This document shows positions 47,601-58,485 of a DNA stretch of 64,000 nt, in pieces (position 1 is the first letter of the stretch; each line of letters begins with the position of its first letter). Under the pieces are notes generated by a model. The model worked only from the letters and a program-made list of their open reading frames with translations, searched no databases and was not told where the DNA came from. The DNA comes from Tubiluchus corallicola. Its lineage: Eukaryota; Animalia; Priapulida. The translations under genes were made by a program, and so were the position numbers. The stretch is from NCBI GenBank assembly GCA_030141605.1, contig JAQGDQ010000458.1, forward strand, positions 93,860 to 157,859, in the 5' to 3' direction.

Positions 47601-50600
47601 GTCACATGCGCGTGGCCGATAAATAGAAGGCGGTACCATGATAACAATGATCATGAACTGCTGTGTTAGTTTCTCACGTCATATGATGTAATGCCCATTT
47701 TTCGTGACATCATGCATTTAAGCAGTACTGTAGCACTTATGCAAATGTGCTTGATGCATAAGGGAAGATGCCTGCCATTACACACAAACTGTGGTTAGTT
47801 TCTGATGTAAGCAATAGCTGTGTTCGGTTTTCGCTAATTATCTTTCTAAGCTAATTATCTTTCTAAGCTAATTATTCAAATATAAGGAAGAATTGTTAAC
47901 TTTTATAGGCAAGAAAATGTATAATTTGGACAGTAAATTAAAATGAGATTGAATTTAAACAATCTTCCTTTAATAAAATCAGCAATCAGTAATTCAATAC
48001 TCAAAACAATTCAAACAATAATTCAAAACAACAATCAACATGTAGTCAGTCATGACAAATCTGTAATTCAAATTAATTGCAAAAGCCTCACCAAAATTCT
48101 GATTTGAACCCTCAGTTGTTGAGAAGAATTACTTAACTTGTGGGTCAATATAAATTCACGAGTATCACGACTCAAGGTTACAGTATTTACCTAAGTATTT
48201 CACAGTGTACTCAACAAGCCTTGCAATATTGCTTTAGTTTAAGTGGAACTTGATTAAAAGAAGTTTCAGCAACACACCTTAACCCATAATATTCACAATA
48301 ACAGAAAGAAAATTAGGTGACGTAACTAACTGCACCTGTAATTATGATTACCTGTCTAAATTTGATTGGTTATTTTCTGCATTGTTAACATCCTCGCAAG
48401 ATTCAGAATTAGTGACTTCATTTTTGTTTTCTGATGGATGGGTGACCTGTGAACGAACCTCGGATGCGTCTGAGGCGCCTGTGATGAATTCTGATGAATG
48501 TACACCAGGATCGGGAGGCGGTACTGTGAGCATCACCAACTGTCTCGCTTCCTCGTCTTCTTCGTACTAGAAAAAAATTGAATTCAATACTTATCTTTTT
48601 AGAAACTTCTAGAAACTGTATACGATTTCAATAATTAATTACAATATGACTGCATTTGCGAATGTGTCTCTCAATTCAGTACGATCGCGAATACGTGTCA
48701 ATCTATGCTTCTCCTGAATTTCGCGAGGCTTCATAGCTAAAAACGAAAAGTACAGTTAGCAGAGAGGTTTCAATATGTAGTATAATGTGACATGCATTAC
48801 AGCAGTCAGCCAGTCAGTCAGTCAGTGCATTACAGCAGTCGAGCGCTGCAAGATGAGCAAACCGAAAAATTCTGTTACAGCATAAGAAAACAGTCTTCAT
48901 AAAATTTGTGTAAAAAATTCGTCTTGAAACTTTGTATCGATTAAATGCTGTCTTAAGTCTACAGTTCAGTGGTGGATACAGGCTTTAGAAAAGGGTGGGC
49001 CGAAGAAAAAGCAGCTAGGGGGTCTGGGGAACCCCAGCTACCAATGCATTTTGTTGCATTTTAGACCAGTTTTCTTACTATTTCCTTAAGCAAATTCAAT
49101 AGTTTAAAACTCGTTATGTCACCTCAAACTTTTGACTCTTAATTACACACCAACATACTAGCATACTCCTTAGTATAGCTGCAGCATATAATTGCGCACA
49201 GTGATATCTTTGCCAAAATTTCCAATTATTACTTAAAGGGCACAAACGTTTTTACACTGAAATCATTAATGTAGAACTATTTACTTGATACAAGTCATTA
49301 AAAGCTACCACTAGACGCTCTAAAGCTTATAATCCTGAGAAAATATTCACTTGGGGTGCTGTAACTGCTACTATGAAAGGGCGGGCCCAGGTCCCACGCC
49401 CTAAATCCGCCACTGAAACCACGGCGGTTTATTTTTAGCAATTATTACACACACCAACAATCACAGTCATAATCTAATTAATTATTGAAATCATATACAA
49501 TTTTTTTAGAAGTTTAAGCACAACATAAAAACTTCTGACAGATAATAGAAAATTATTTTATATCTAAAACTCGAAAACAAACAATAAAACTGGAATATAA
49601 TAAAAAATACTAATAAATTTGACCTCAAACTTTAGCGATTGGCCCCCTGGTGTGAGTTTCTTTGATAACTGCTCTGCTACGATCATTCCGTGCTTGTGAA
49701 TGGATGAGAGAGGACTGTGGAGATGTGTCTCCACCCCCTTCATCGTTTTCAGCATCCAACCTGAAAAACAAACATTTAGCAGTCATTTTGTATTGCTTAG
49801 CAATCGAGGGCGTATCTCGACACCCTAGGCTCATATTTCAGTCACGCCCATCTGTACTGCAGATTTATGGTACAGCGCAATTCACAATTATTTATGGTGT
49901 ATTAGTAACCACATTACAAGGCTATTTGCTTAGTGTTAATTACACGTATTCGCAAAGTGATTATATCTAAGCAGGCTGTGCAACTGCTTGTGGTGTGGTA
50001 CCTCTTATGTAATATTGTACTTGTTTGTTATAAAAGGCTTATATAAAACCGGATGCACTAACTGCTTGTGGTGTGTTAACGCATTTTCACAACAATAAAT
50101 TTCTTTACTTGCAATTAAAACTTTTGTGTGCGTAGACATTTCTGTCGCAAAGTTCGCCTTAATTACTTCGCGTTCATCAATTTGACTTTTAAATATTACA
50201 TTGTGTCTTCTTGCTCATTTTTTCATCTCATTCCCTCCCTTCTTTTAGGCTTGTTACAGCATTGATATAGCTTAAATTTCCCTCTAATCTTACTGTACTT
50301 ATCTGCTTCTGAATGACCTTTTACATTAATAGTGTTCTAGTTTTTTGTACTTAAGCTGCGTAAGACAGGTTTACCTCGAACATTTAGACCTGTGGGCTAG
50401 CCAGGCTAATTGTTCCGCTGTGTTTTTGTATAGTGGTATTTCAGTATTGATAATAATTATGTTATTTGATTCTGCGATTGTACCTGCTAGTATAAATGTT
50501 ATAATATAATTCCTCGTGACTTGTTAATGATCGTATTTTTATTATTTGATTGAAAAAGCTAACAGGCTTAATAATTATGGGCAAACTTTAATTCAGTATC

Positions 50601-53600
50601 AGCTCTGCCACCTATAAAAGGCTTATATAAAACCAGATGCAATAACTGCTTGTGGTATGTTAACGCATTTTCACAACAATAAATTTCTTTACTTGCATTT
50701 AAAACTTTTGTGTACGTAGACCTTTCTAGTATGACCACCTTAACGGTAAATGTAAGAATAACTGTACTGTTATGTCCAGAAAATTTCTTAGACTTACTTT
50801 CCTTGTTTAAGGTGACGTCAGCGCCTGTCATGAATCCGACAGAAATAAGTAGAGCACGCGACAGGTAACAATGCTGAGAATACGACGTATGTTTAATGCT
50901 GCTACTACTGCCCCAAACATCTAACAGCGATGACACCATCTAAGAGAAAATCCATAATTCGCAAAATCGATTATTAAAGGAAAACACAATAATTTTTCAC
51001 ATCCCACCCCATTTTGAAATACGGTAAAAAAATGTACTCTTTAACATCTATAATAATGCCAAAGCGTTTCTGATAATTAGTTAAATATAATTTCTGATAA
51101 CAGGCTAAAAACTTGATTAACCACAAGCAAGCCTAGCTAGTAATGACATCACAAATGAACATAATTTTTAACGGCAAAAATATTCCATGAGCGTGGTGCA
51201 GGTGTTTGCGAAAGCGAAAATTGAAGTACAGTGCTACTGTAAAACATTCAGTGTGACGTAGAAAAACTGAAATTTTGGTTTAAAATTCAAATTTAAATTT
51301 TGCACTGTGCTCACACATGAGCCCTTGAGCGTGTGCACTACATCACAAGTGAACACCTCTCAACTAAGAAGTACAGCACCTATTGCTTGTGCACTACAGT
51401 TCTGAGGTGCAGGCGCTAGTGCAGACGGCCATTAACTGATGGATATGATGCGAGTTTTGCTTTTTTATTTCTGCGAGTAAAAAAATTACAAAAAATTCGA
51501 ATTTAGAAGTACGAATTTCGAAATGCAATGTGAAGTATAACGGATCTGTTATTTTGTGACACCCTGGACTAGACAATTTGAGCAGAAACGTAATTTAAAA
51601 CAGACAGTTTTTATAAAATTAACGTAGTGACACTTTATTCAAGAAATTCATACAAAATGTGCAATTGATGAACGAGATTAAGTAGAAACGACCTTACGTA
51701 TGTAATACATCACTGAATTTTCAATGGTTGTTCCTCAGATTTCCAGTTTTAACAACTTAATAAAATTAATGTTAACGATAATGTTAACGCTATTAATAAA
51801 GCTTGTGTTAATGTTAAAGTAAATGTTAATGTTAACGTTAATGGCAATGTTAATGTTAATGTTAACGTTAATGCTGACATTACTATTAATGCTGATGTTA
51901 ACACTAATGCTAATGTTAATATTATTGGTAATGTTAATGTCAATGTTAATGCTGATATTAATATTAATGTTAATGTTAACGTTAATGTTACAACTTACCA
52001 ATACATATTTTAGAAGACAGCATCCGTGTAAAATGATTCGTCACAAATGCAGAAAGTTTATTTCAAGACTCTAAATTACTTCACTGATGATTTTTAACTA
52101 TACCTTGTGATATAGAGGTCTCCACCTGTCGTCTGCAGCTATATATCCGATAATGTTGCGCAGTAAGTGCCCATGCTCAAAATGTTTCAACAGTAGAAAC
52201 TTGTTCGTCAAAAGCTGGGAAGGTTTATGTTGTTTAATTATGAGGTCACCCAGTATAGACGACACCCTGCCATACCTGTGCAAAAACGGGAAGTAAAACC
52301 ATGTTTGGCAAAAAATAGTTTGAGAAAACCAAATGCAAAACTAAAATATTAATTACTATAGTAACCAGACTAGATAAAATTCCCAAGGTCGCCCCGGTGC
52401 TTGGCGTTGACTCTGCTGCAGTGTTTATTGCTTAACCGCTGCCTAGACTTAAACGTTAACAAAAGAGAAACTACTAGCTAGGTGAGTGAGATATACAGGT
52501 GGTTTCAAGGAAACAGAAAAAATTAATCGATAGAAACATGAGTAAAACTCATAAAAACGGTTAATTCATATGATTTAAGCAGCATTGATTTTTGTCTCTG
52601 GAATGTATCCAATTCTGTTACATTACTTTTTATGGAAGTCTTGGCTTCGTTTAACGACGTTTCGCTTAATGTCACGTTGTGCTGGAATGCATTGGCGTCG
52701 TTAAGCGATTCTTTCACATTACTTTCTACGGAAGTCTTGGCTTCGTTTAACAACGTTTCACTTAACATCGCACATTGCTGAAATGCACTAGCGTCGTTAG
52801 GTGATTCTTTCACATTACTTTCTATGGAAGTCTTGGCTTCGTTTAACAATGTTTCACTTAACGTCATATTTTGCTAAAACGCATTAGCGTTGTTAAGCGA
52901 TTCTTTCACATTACTTTCTACGGAAGTCTTGGCTTCGTTTAACAACGTTTCACTTAACGTCATATATTGCTAGAATGCATTAGCGTCGTTAAGCGAGTAC
53001 TTACTGCATGCCTCAAAAGGAGTTTAAAGAACTCACCAACTGATATGTCGCAGCATCGAGAGCAGAACGTTTTCCATGCTGTGACTTGGAACTCGTTCGA
53101 CGATAACGTGAAAGACTCGGCGAAAGACAAAACATTTTTTAACCTCGGATTCCACCTGCGGCATCATTCGCTCGAAAAGGGCATCTGTGAAAAAAGTCAT
53201 GGAAATTCAATTCAATTTAAATTTATTGCCTTATACAATTTAGAAGGTTATCCTAATGGGATCGGTTCGTCATAGAAAATACAGTCATACCTCCGTTGTC
53301 GAACGTCTCCGTACTCGTACAAATCGGTTTTCGACCAGAAAATTCGAGCTGAAATTGTCTCCGTTCTCTACCAGAATTTCGGTACTCGACCAACCGCCAA
53401 ACACGTGATGAACACATGCACGGTGAGCCGAGCGTAACCGACCGCACCCGAGTGTAGTCACGCACAACATTTTAATCGCCTAACATCTCTAAGTGCTTTC
53501 TACGCTTATTTTTCTCCGCAAGCAGGAACAATTATGTCTTTCCTCCTAAGTAATTCTATTATGTTTTCTTATCAATTATATCATATCTACTGTTTGAATA

Positions 53601-56600
53601 AACATTTTTGCATTATTATATTTCGTTTTAGTAATACTTTACAGTTCATTTGGTGCTTAAGAATGGATTATTTGCTTTTACATTATTTCTTATGGGAATA
53701 AATGATTCAGTACTCAACCAAAGACTTCAAACACTTTTTAGGTCGAATTACGGTCGAAAAGAGATGTACTGCATTATAAAAAGGTGGGAGGGGGGAGATC
53801 ATCTGGTCGCCTGGCAACCATTCTTTAGTAATAATAATAATAATAATTTATTTCTTGCCTTCAAAATAACAATCATAGATAGTATATAACAATGAGTTAC
53901 AAAGATTAAAGAAGGAGGGATGGCGAAAGACCAAAAGGTCATCTAGTCTGCCATCCCTAAATAGTGAGTCTACTAATTTCAGCATGGCGAGCAAATATTG
54001 TTAGAACAAAATAAAGATTTGAATAGGAAAACAAATCAAAATGAAATTAACAGCAAAGAATTATGGTAAATAAAATTATGCAAATTTACGCAAAACAAAG
54101 TGAAAACAAAATTAGTAAAGCCGAGTTCTATGGGCGAAACTAACTAATTAAAAGCAAAATAGCTAACAAATTAATATTGTTGACGAAATTTAAAAAAATT
54201 GTGTTAGTAGCAATTGGAGAGAGAAAAATTGCTTTTTGATAAAAAAATACATTTACCCACAAGGAAATTCAACTACAGCATCTATAAATAAATGTGAAAT
54301 ACCATCCATTTTATGAGCAAAATAATGGAATGGTAGCAAACCTAGGAATAGGTAATAAAACTATAAAGAATTCAGCAAAGCAATAATTCAAAATGTAATA
54401 AAGTAATAATAAAAAACTCGATAAAAAACTCGGCCAAACGAATTAAAACTTACTCATTATTACTAACGTACAATTACTAATTAGTACATCACAATATTTA
54501 GTAAAGATCCTATCCTGCTGCTTCGTTATCTCTTTCGATTAAATTTCCTGTTTTCGATAATTCCAGATACATTAACAGACCTAATCAAACTTCTGGCAAT
54601 CCAGGCCATAGACTGCCGTTTACTTTTTAAATATTGCTTCTTTGTAGTCTAAATGTATCTAATGTAAATTACGGCATCAATGCATCATTAAAGCAAATAA
54701 AATAGAAGTGTCAAAAAATGAGCGAATTCCACATAGAAGCAGCTCGTACAAAATAGGGCAGATTATCAGCAGATCAATGTCATTATGTACATGAGCCAAT
54801 TTCTAAATGATTTGCAAATCTTCTTCAAAACAAGGTAATACTCATGACAGCGGGGATAAAATAACAATAAATATAATTTACTGAACAGCAAACGCTAACA
54901 TATGTCTGCACCAGCCCACCTCCATATCCCAGCATGCATAGCTTTCCCAGCAACAATGAGTAGAACGTTACACAGCTGTCCTGCTGAGACCTCGCTTTGT
55001 CGACTAGTCTGCACAACGCTAGCAACAAGTCATCTGCGATTCTTCTCACGTAAACGGCTCGGCTGAATATCTCCCTGCCAAAAATAATAAAGCTTACCCA
55101 GCAAGTAATTAGCAACAAGAATTTAATTAATCAGTAAAAATTAGTAGAAAGTTTGCTTTTACTGTCTTGCAACAAACAGACACAAGCTATTCTATACTGA
55201 AATGCAGAATGTTGCTTTAGCAAAAACTAGACATGAACAGTTGGCAGAGACAGTAAATTTTCTCTTGAGATATGATACGTTTATATTTTATAGCATTTCA
55301 AACATTTTGAAACATTTAAAATTTCAAAAACTTTCACCACTTAAAATTTAAATTCTCAAAGTCGCATGGGTCAATTCTTCAAGTAGAAATTTACCTGTTG
55401 TACATAATGCTCTTATAACTATGACTATGCTGCGACCTATTTGATTGTAAGAACTTATAGAACTACGTAGTAATCTTAACATATTTGTGTGCTTGCAAAC
55501 CAAAATCGTCCATAAGTCGGCAATTAAGTATTTCTAGTTATTCACATACTCTGAATCTCTAATTCACGAGGATCACATATCCTGAATCTCTATTTCACGA
55601 GGATCATTTTGATACCAAGCTCATCATTCTATGTTATTTCTAAGCTGAGATAATCCACATTGAAGTTGAGGTGCAGGCTACGCACTGAAAAACGTAATCT
55701 TGAAAAAAATGCTGTCAAAGTCAGCCATTGTTTTTTGTCACGTCTCTGCAAAACACTTAGCAACCGTACGAAAGTGTTGTTGCTAAGGACTTTACCAGAA
55801 CAAACTGGAGTTCCTTTGCAAGAACACAAAGGAAGTGATGGCTCCAGTAGATGGCTCTTCCTGACGAAGATCTGGTCTTGTTAACAGAAAAAAACCCGAA
55901 GCAAAAAGGATGCTCCCAATCGGAGTTAGAAAATACAAGTTTTTTTACAATTGCAATATTAAATTCTAGACAGAAAAGTGCGAAAGAAGTACTAAAATTA
56001 GATTTTTAGTATTTTTTGGACATTTTCTTGATAATTTGATGCTAAAATATAAAAGTCCAATATATCTAGCATTTGTTTTCATAAAAACAAAAATCGACAT
56101 TTGGGCAAACTTTTGGTACTCTCTACTTTGAAGCATCATAACGTGGTTTTAACTATGCCAATTTATGGACGGTTTTGGTAGACGAGAACATGCAACGCCA
56201 TCCTACATAAAATTGGGCCTCTTAAAACTGAATGATATCTACAAACTCGAGCTTGCAAAATTTGTATACAAATTTAAGAATAACTTACTACCAGAATTGT
56301 TTCTAAATTACTATACGCCAGCATCTGATATTCACAGTTACAACACTAGGTTTTCTACTAGCAGTTCTTTCTTCATCGAACGATTTAATACATCTAAAGG
56401 TCAAAGGTCGTTAAAATATCAGGGATCAGTATTATGGAACTCCCTACCTGCTCATATAACTTCTTTACCTCTGCATTCGCTAAAAAACAGTACGCTAAGG
56501 CACTTCTTGAAGCTTACAAATAAATCAGTCTTTTGTCTATTAGATGTACATTCTTGTGGTAACTTTCGCTGAAAAACATTTTTTTTATAAGGTGCAAACT

Positions 56601-58294
56601 CACTTTCTATGAGTTGCTTAGTAGTTTGCAAATTTGTCATGGTTTTTTATTTTTGTTTTTTTTTGCTGTTGTATTTTTGTTTTTGTATTTCTGCACGTTT
56701 ATGTATTTTTTAATATAGTTGTGTCTACTGTCATTGGCATCCTTTTGTTTACTGTCCTTTGAGAAGGGTGGTTGACTCGATAACCTTTGGTTTTTCGCCA
56801 CCCTTTCTCCCATGTTCGTTTGTATTTTTGTGTATTTTATTGTCAAATCATTGTAATTTTATGGAGGAAAATAAAATTACTATTACTATTACTATTACTA
56901 TTTTGGTTTGCAAGCAGACATATAAGTTTCAAAGATGAAGAAAAGCCACTGTCTATGTCACTTAGCATTCAACAATACAAACGAATCCGAAGAAAATGCC
57001 CAAGAGAAAAGATTCGTCTTCTACCATCTGACCTAATTTGATAGATGAGCATTCATTTTGCGACAGATTTTGGCCAATGTAAAGTTTTGCAATGACGAGA
57101 GAGAATGTCAACTCATGTCAATTCTACTTTCTTTTCAGCCATTTTGCAATGAAAAAAACATTGCGTAATTTAGACTGATACCTGTTCTTTTTCCCAAATT
57201 TATTTGCCATCCTGTCCGGAAGCGTCGCTATCACGGAGATGACGTCATTTTGCAACGCGTCTGTTACGTTCTGATTTTGGTTACAACATTCACTGCATAT
57301 TAGAGCAGCCATCTTCCGTTGAACGAGGAATTCCTGTAGCATGTCTACCATTTCATCAAGCTTACTGCAAGGTCTGAAATACACAGGAAATATTAATCGG
57401 CAACTACAGTTGACAGTATGCCGTTCGAGAATGGGTATTTGCTGTAAACTCAAAATTAGTCAATAAAAGCAAAGATTACAAGTGAAACAGGGATTTACGT
57501 CAGCCTGGGTGTCCACAATTAGTCTTTTTCAAATTTTCTCACATTTCTGCAACAAATGATTGGATCGACATGAAACTCCGGATATCCAAACAAAAATATA
57601 AAATGCAAGAGAGAAAACATGAGATAAAATGATTAATGGATGGGCAAAAAGCCTACATATAGGCTTCACCTTGTCGATCTACAGTAATCTAAGGTAATTA
57701 AAGGAAAAACAGACAAAAACTCATTTGAATTCATCACATTTAGAACACTTAAAATCTTTTCCCATGCATAACCTTTGCATCCCATTTAAATTCTAAATCA
57801 CATTGCGTCATTAATGTTTTAAGTTTGATGAATGTGTGCATCAGAAACATTATAAAATATTGTGTACCAGTCAGCTAATTAACTTTAATTTTTTGTGTCT
57901 TTGCTAATAATTATCTTACTTACTCGGTTTTTCCAATAACTGTGCATAACAAAATAAAGCTTTTGGTGTGATCGCCTTCCAAAAAATAGGCCAATAACAA
58001 TCTTTTCATCTCCGCATTTAAGAGATTCTCGGCATTTGACGCGATACCAAAAACGTTATTTAACAGAAAATCCCCGTAATGTGAGTAATATCTTTGAAAA
58101 AACAGTTGTCTTTCAATGCTTGTGAAATTCGACTGTGGTGTTTCACTGCTAGACTTGATGGCAACACCATCAGTACAGACTTCCATTAATTTCAATACAG
58201 TTTGAAGATCTGTTAAAATTGCTTCAGGAGATTTAGTGCAACTAGTAGCTTCCCGCACAAGTTCATAAATTCTAACTTCTGCTGATAAATTCAT
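28874..58294 (-). CDS. TELO2: Telomere length regulation protein TEL2 homolog, ~853 aa, 18 coding exons
   Basis: Motifs LDSDDDLEPYDM..PVYIRDCID, VAKVLLHL..YLTEQFYERNYNLRQRMDVLEVL, WREIVQQRIESKTRRF, NRFASVAGEFFFPLL, LDLLGED..LGRLVYTLG, FVWAVRYH..YVRQALL; all 17 GT-AG junctions are phase-consistent and total 2562 nt. Confidence 0.95.
29261..29343 (-). CDS. TELO2: TELO2 exon 17
   Basis: DVVEHDIDVQCQQLAAQNL...AKT|gtacgt (read-through would give VRIS* ending 29246). Confidence 0.88.
29395..29900. repeat. 38-bp minisatellite with internal inversion
   Basis: GTGCGGTAAGACAGCATGTAAGTGAACTCGAGTCCCAT ~10.5x, preceded by ~2.3 reverse-complement units. Confidence 0.95.
29923..30494. mobile_element. ~600-bp MITE family, copy 1 (left-truncated)
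   Basis: Shared with 46502-47117 and 55487-56919; TIR-like GTGCTTGCAAACCAAAATCGTCC..AAGTCGGC. Confidence 0.8.
30650..30765 (-). CDS. TELO2: TELO2 exon 16
   Basis: YVRQALLFAISMV...EMLECREWLI. Confidence 0.93.
30884..31218. repeat. 13-bp minisatellite
   Basis: TAATAATGCT(T/A)AG units. Confidence 0.96.
31230..31680 (-). mobile_element. LINE 3' fragment
   Basis: RLRLSAHNLAIETGRW..R.DRLC.C....EEH....CP is the typical CCHC-type LINE ORF2 C-terminus. Confidence 0.85.
31793..31857 (-). CDS. TELO2: TELO2 exon 15
   Basis: IAKQMAVTLLQFVWAVRYHTQ. Confidence 0.93.
32776..33726. repeat. 37-bp minisatellite, ~25 copies, abutting the P450 start
   Basis: GAGCTATCAGTTGGTGCATTTAAATTTTAGTGTATAT units. Confidence 0.96.
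33744..35294 (+). CDS. Cytochrome P450, mitochondrial clan (CYP24/27/10/12-like), intronless CDS, 516 aa
   Basis: WRRLR (C-helix), AGVDTT (I-helix), KAVVKETLRL (ExxR with adrenodoxin-binding lysines), FKPSRW, PFGLGVRSCIGRR heme motif; N-terminus lacks an ER anchor and resembles a mitochondrial transit peptide. Confidence 0.97.
   Translation: MAERATIISAMRQCGILRVLFTSKATYVTGVQAATTETAAKNENIKEFSEMPGEKGLVGFLSFVSKVARQYKFHELMSKDFKKFGAKTMRTKVGIWDMVQTCDPTEIRCMMRSTGEYPRRAPMDSWVLWRDAANEAQSFLTAEGEHWRRLRKAASKKMLRPQLLLENDKVINEVITDMIARIRHLRDTTGGGAIVPGMTNEAYKWSMESIASILFEKRLGCLREPTPPESQRFIDAVVTTFKYSNYVQTFAKQQQKLNTPMWKTFAAAFNEIFGYARKVIDEKVKQLDKEEEHGGEASASFLNFVISNPNLTRKEAYAMMTELLLAGVDTTSNALCFAIHLLAENPDTQELLRNEVMSITGDRKLTAGDLGHMSYMKAVVKETLRLYPITTGIARMPERDIVMSGYRVPKGTICFANYYHMGRDEELFPEAEKFKPSRWLRTNEQKLPDPYASQPFGLGVRSCIGRRVAELELYLMLARLVQEFELKLHGNGKLNVTVVGLLTPGKEIPVQFIDRK
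35318..35852. repeat. 27-bp minisatellite, ~20 copies, just after the P450 stop
   Basis: AACACCTTTTCCCGCCTTAATTTTCAT units. Confidence 0.96.
35968..36474. mobile_element. Tigger/pogo-like MITE
   Basis: TCAACCTCGGATATAAG... / ...CTTGAGGTTGACTTTACTG-TA with internal CCTTATATCCGA repeats. Confidence 0.65.
36635..36737 (-). CDS. TELO2: TELO2 exon 14
   Basis: KDRATLDLLGEDSLILGRLVYTLGVVLHAAVHTP|gtaagt. Confidence 0.93.
36695..37166. repeat. 78-bp tandem array (6 copies) built from the TELO2 intron 13/exon 14 junction
   Basis: On the - strand each unit is ...TTTG(T)TTTTTAG|GAAAGATCGAGCCACCCTG(A/G)ATTTACT(T/C)GGTGAGGATTCTCTG. Confidence 0.95.
38908..39471. mobile_element. Tc1/mariner-type MITE with perfect 26-bp TIRs and TA TSD
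   Basis: TA-CCGTATTTATTCGAGTATAACGCGCA ... TGCGCGTTATACTCGAATAAATACGG-TA. Confidence 0.92.
39610..39704 (-). CDS. TELO2: TELO2 exon 13
   Basis: KRSS...ENRFASVAGEFFFPLLLKYD. Confidence 0.93.
40024..40191 (-). CDS. TELO2: TELO2 exon 12
   Basis: VLASAAQSLS...WREIVQQRIESKTRRFGK. Confidence 0.94.
42203..42391 (-). CDS. TELO2: TELO2 exon 11
   Basis: VAVEVAKVLLHL...NYNLRQRMDVLE. Confidence 0.95.
42510..43020 (-). mobile_element. LINE (CR1/L2-group-like) 3' fragment
   Basis: CRIVTVNFDLSLLNT/EHFLLHCPLH...LLKLLLFG..N..IF..IHDFI...KRF-type ORF2 end. Boundaries approximate. Confidence 0.7.
43585..43655 (+). pseudogene. tRNA-like sequence (tRNA pseudogene or SINE head)
   Basis: A box TAGCATAGGTGG, B box GGTTCAAATACC, imperfect acceptor and anticodon stems. 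Confidence 0.6.
43835..44560. repeat. 73-bp tandem array, ~10 copies
   Basis: GAGCGGCCCGTACTAGACGTTTTTGAGACAATTAGACGATTGATTCTACATTACCGTGAGTCTAATATGTCAG units. Confidence 0.95.
44761..44855 (-). CDS. TELO2: TELO2 exon 10
   Basis: GLISTEDPCRTEVCLKAAEALI...IE|gtaaga. Confidence 0.9.
45832..46305. repeat. 23-bp minisatellite, ~20 copies
   Basis: TGCTAATGCTTACACAACGTTAC units. Confidence 0.96.
46502..47117. mobile_element. ~600-bp MITE family, copy 2 (complete)
   Basis: Both TIRs present: ACTTGCAAAGCAAAATCGTCTATAAGTCGGTA ... TGCCGACTTGTGGACGGTTTTGATTTGCAAGT. Confidence 0.85.
47300..47388 (-). CDS. TELO2: TELO2 exon 9
   Basis: (S)DDDLEPYDMSHD..PPVYIRDCID. Confidence 0.94.
47409..47969 (+). mobile_element. 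Kolobok-like non-autonomous element, complete copy
   Basis: TTAA-AGGAAAACTGGATGATTGT ... ACAATCTTCCT-TTAA; matches 14817-15343. Confidence 0.8.
48352..48566 (-). CDS. TELO2: TELO2 exon 8
   Basis: YEEDEEARQL...NLD-AG|gtaatc. Confidence 0.9.
48967..49415. mobile_element. hAT-like MITE
   Basis: CAGTGGTGGATACAGG ... CCTAAATCCGCCACTG; no clear TSD. Confidence 0.65.
49624..49760 (-). CDS. TELO2: TELO2 exon 7
   Basis: MKGVETHLHSP..GMIVAEQLS..LKFE. Confidence 0.92.
50798..50939 (-). CDS. TELO2: TELO2 exon 6
   Basis: MVSSLLDVWGSSSSIKHTSYSQHCYLSRALL. Confidence 0.92.
51765..51990. repeat. (TAATGT)n low-complexity repeat
   Basis: Directly visible. Confidence 0.9.
52104..52275 (-). CDS. TELO2: TELO2 exon 5
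   Basis: YGRVSSILGDL...LLRNIIGYIA...PLYHK. Confidence 0.9.
52612..52996. repeat. 96-bp tandem repeat, 4 copies
   Basis: GGAAGTCTTGGCTTCGTTTAAC recurs at 52634, 52730, 52826 and 52922. Confidence 0.92.
53037..53184 (-). CDS. TELO2: TELO2 exon 4
   Basis: ALFERMMPQVES...VPSHSMENVLLSMLRHIS; not in ORF track. Confidence 0.88.
53828..54820 (-). mobile_element. Degenerate LINE 3' fragment with (TTA)n tail
   Basis: Remnant RAASMWNSL-type peptide, 3' stem GGGATGGC...GCCATCCC and microsatellite tail. Boundaries approximate. Confidence 0.55.
54920..55074 (-). CDS. TELO2: TELO2 exon 3
   Basis: EIFSRAVY...LLGKLCMLGYG. Confidence 0.9.
55487..56919. mobile_element. ~600-bp MITE family, copy 3, interrupted in its right TIR by a LINE
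   Basis: TIR breaks at GGACGGTTTTGGT (56179) and resumes TTTTGGTTTGCAAGCA (56901). Confidence 0.85.
56180..56900 (+). mobile_element. 5'-truncated LINE (CR1/L2-group-like) with (TACTAT)n tail
   Basis: HATPSYIKLGLLKLNDIYKLELAKFVYK..HSYNTR..SLKYQGSVLWNSLP; 7-bp TSD TTTTGGT. Confidence 0.88.
57182..57373 (-). CDS. TELO2: TELO2 exon 2
   Basis: PCSKLDEM...IATLPDRMANKFGKKN. Confidence 0.9.
57924..58294 (-). CDS. TELO2: TELO2 exon 1
   Basis: MNLSAEV...VIGKT-GA|gtaagt. Confidence 0.85.
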
Positions 58295-58485
58295 ATCAAC
58301 GTTTACTTTAATTTTTGCAATTTAAATATCCTTTTCTTTTTAGAGAATTGTGGTAGTAAACAGGAATAACTATGTTCACACTTTTTGCACAGAATTATAC
58401 TCGCAAGGAAGCTGACATGTTTCCGATACCTAATCGATCAGTTTTTCTCCACCAGAGGGCGAATGCTTATGTTTTTGCGGGGATT
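58295..58485. promoter_or_regulatory. Putative compact bidirectional promoter/5' UTR region (TELO2 and permease)
   Basis: 191 bp between divergent ATGs; GGAAG/TTCCG ETS-like cores at ~58407-58425. Confidence 0.55.

Noticed and set aside
52523-52867. 114-aa ORF as an extra TELO2 exon
   Set aside because: 96-bp tandem repeat; exons 4 and 5 already join in phase without it.
58326-58335. ATATCCTTTT, an AT-AC U12 donor-like motif
   Set aside because: No matching branch site/AC acceptor or upstream exon identified; likely chance.
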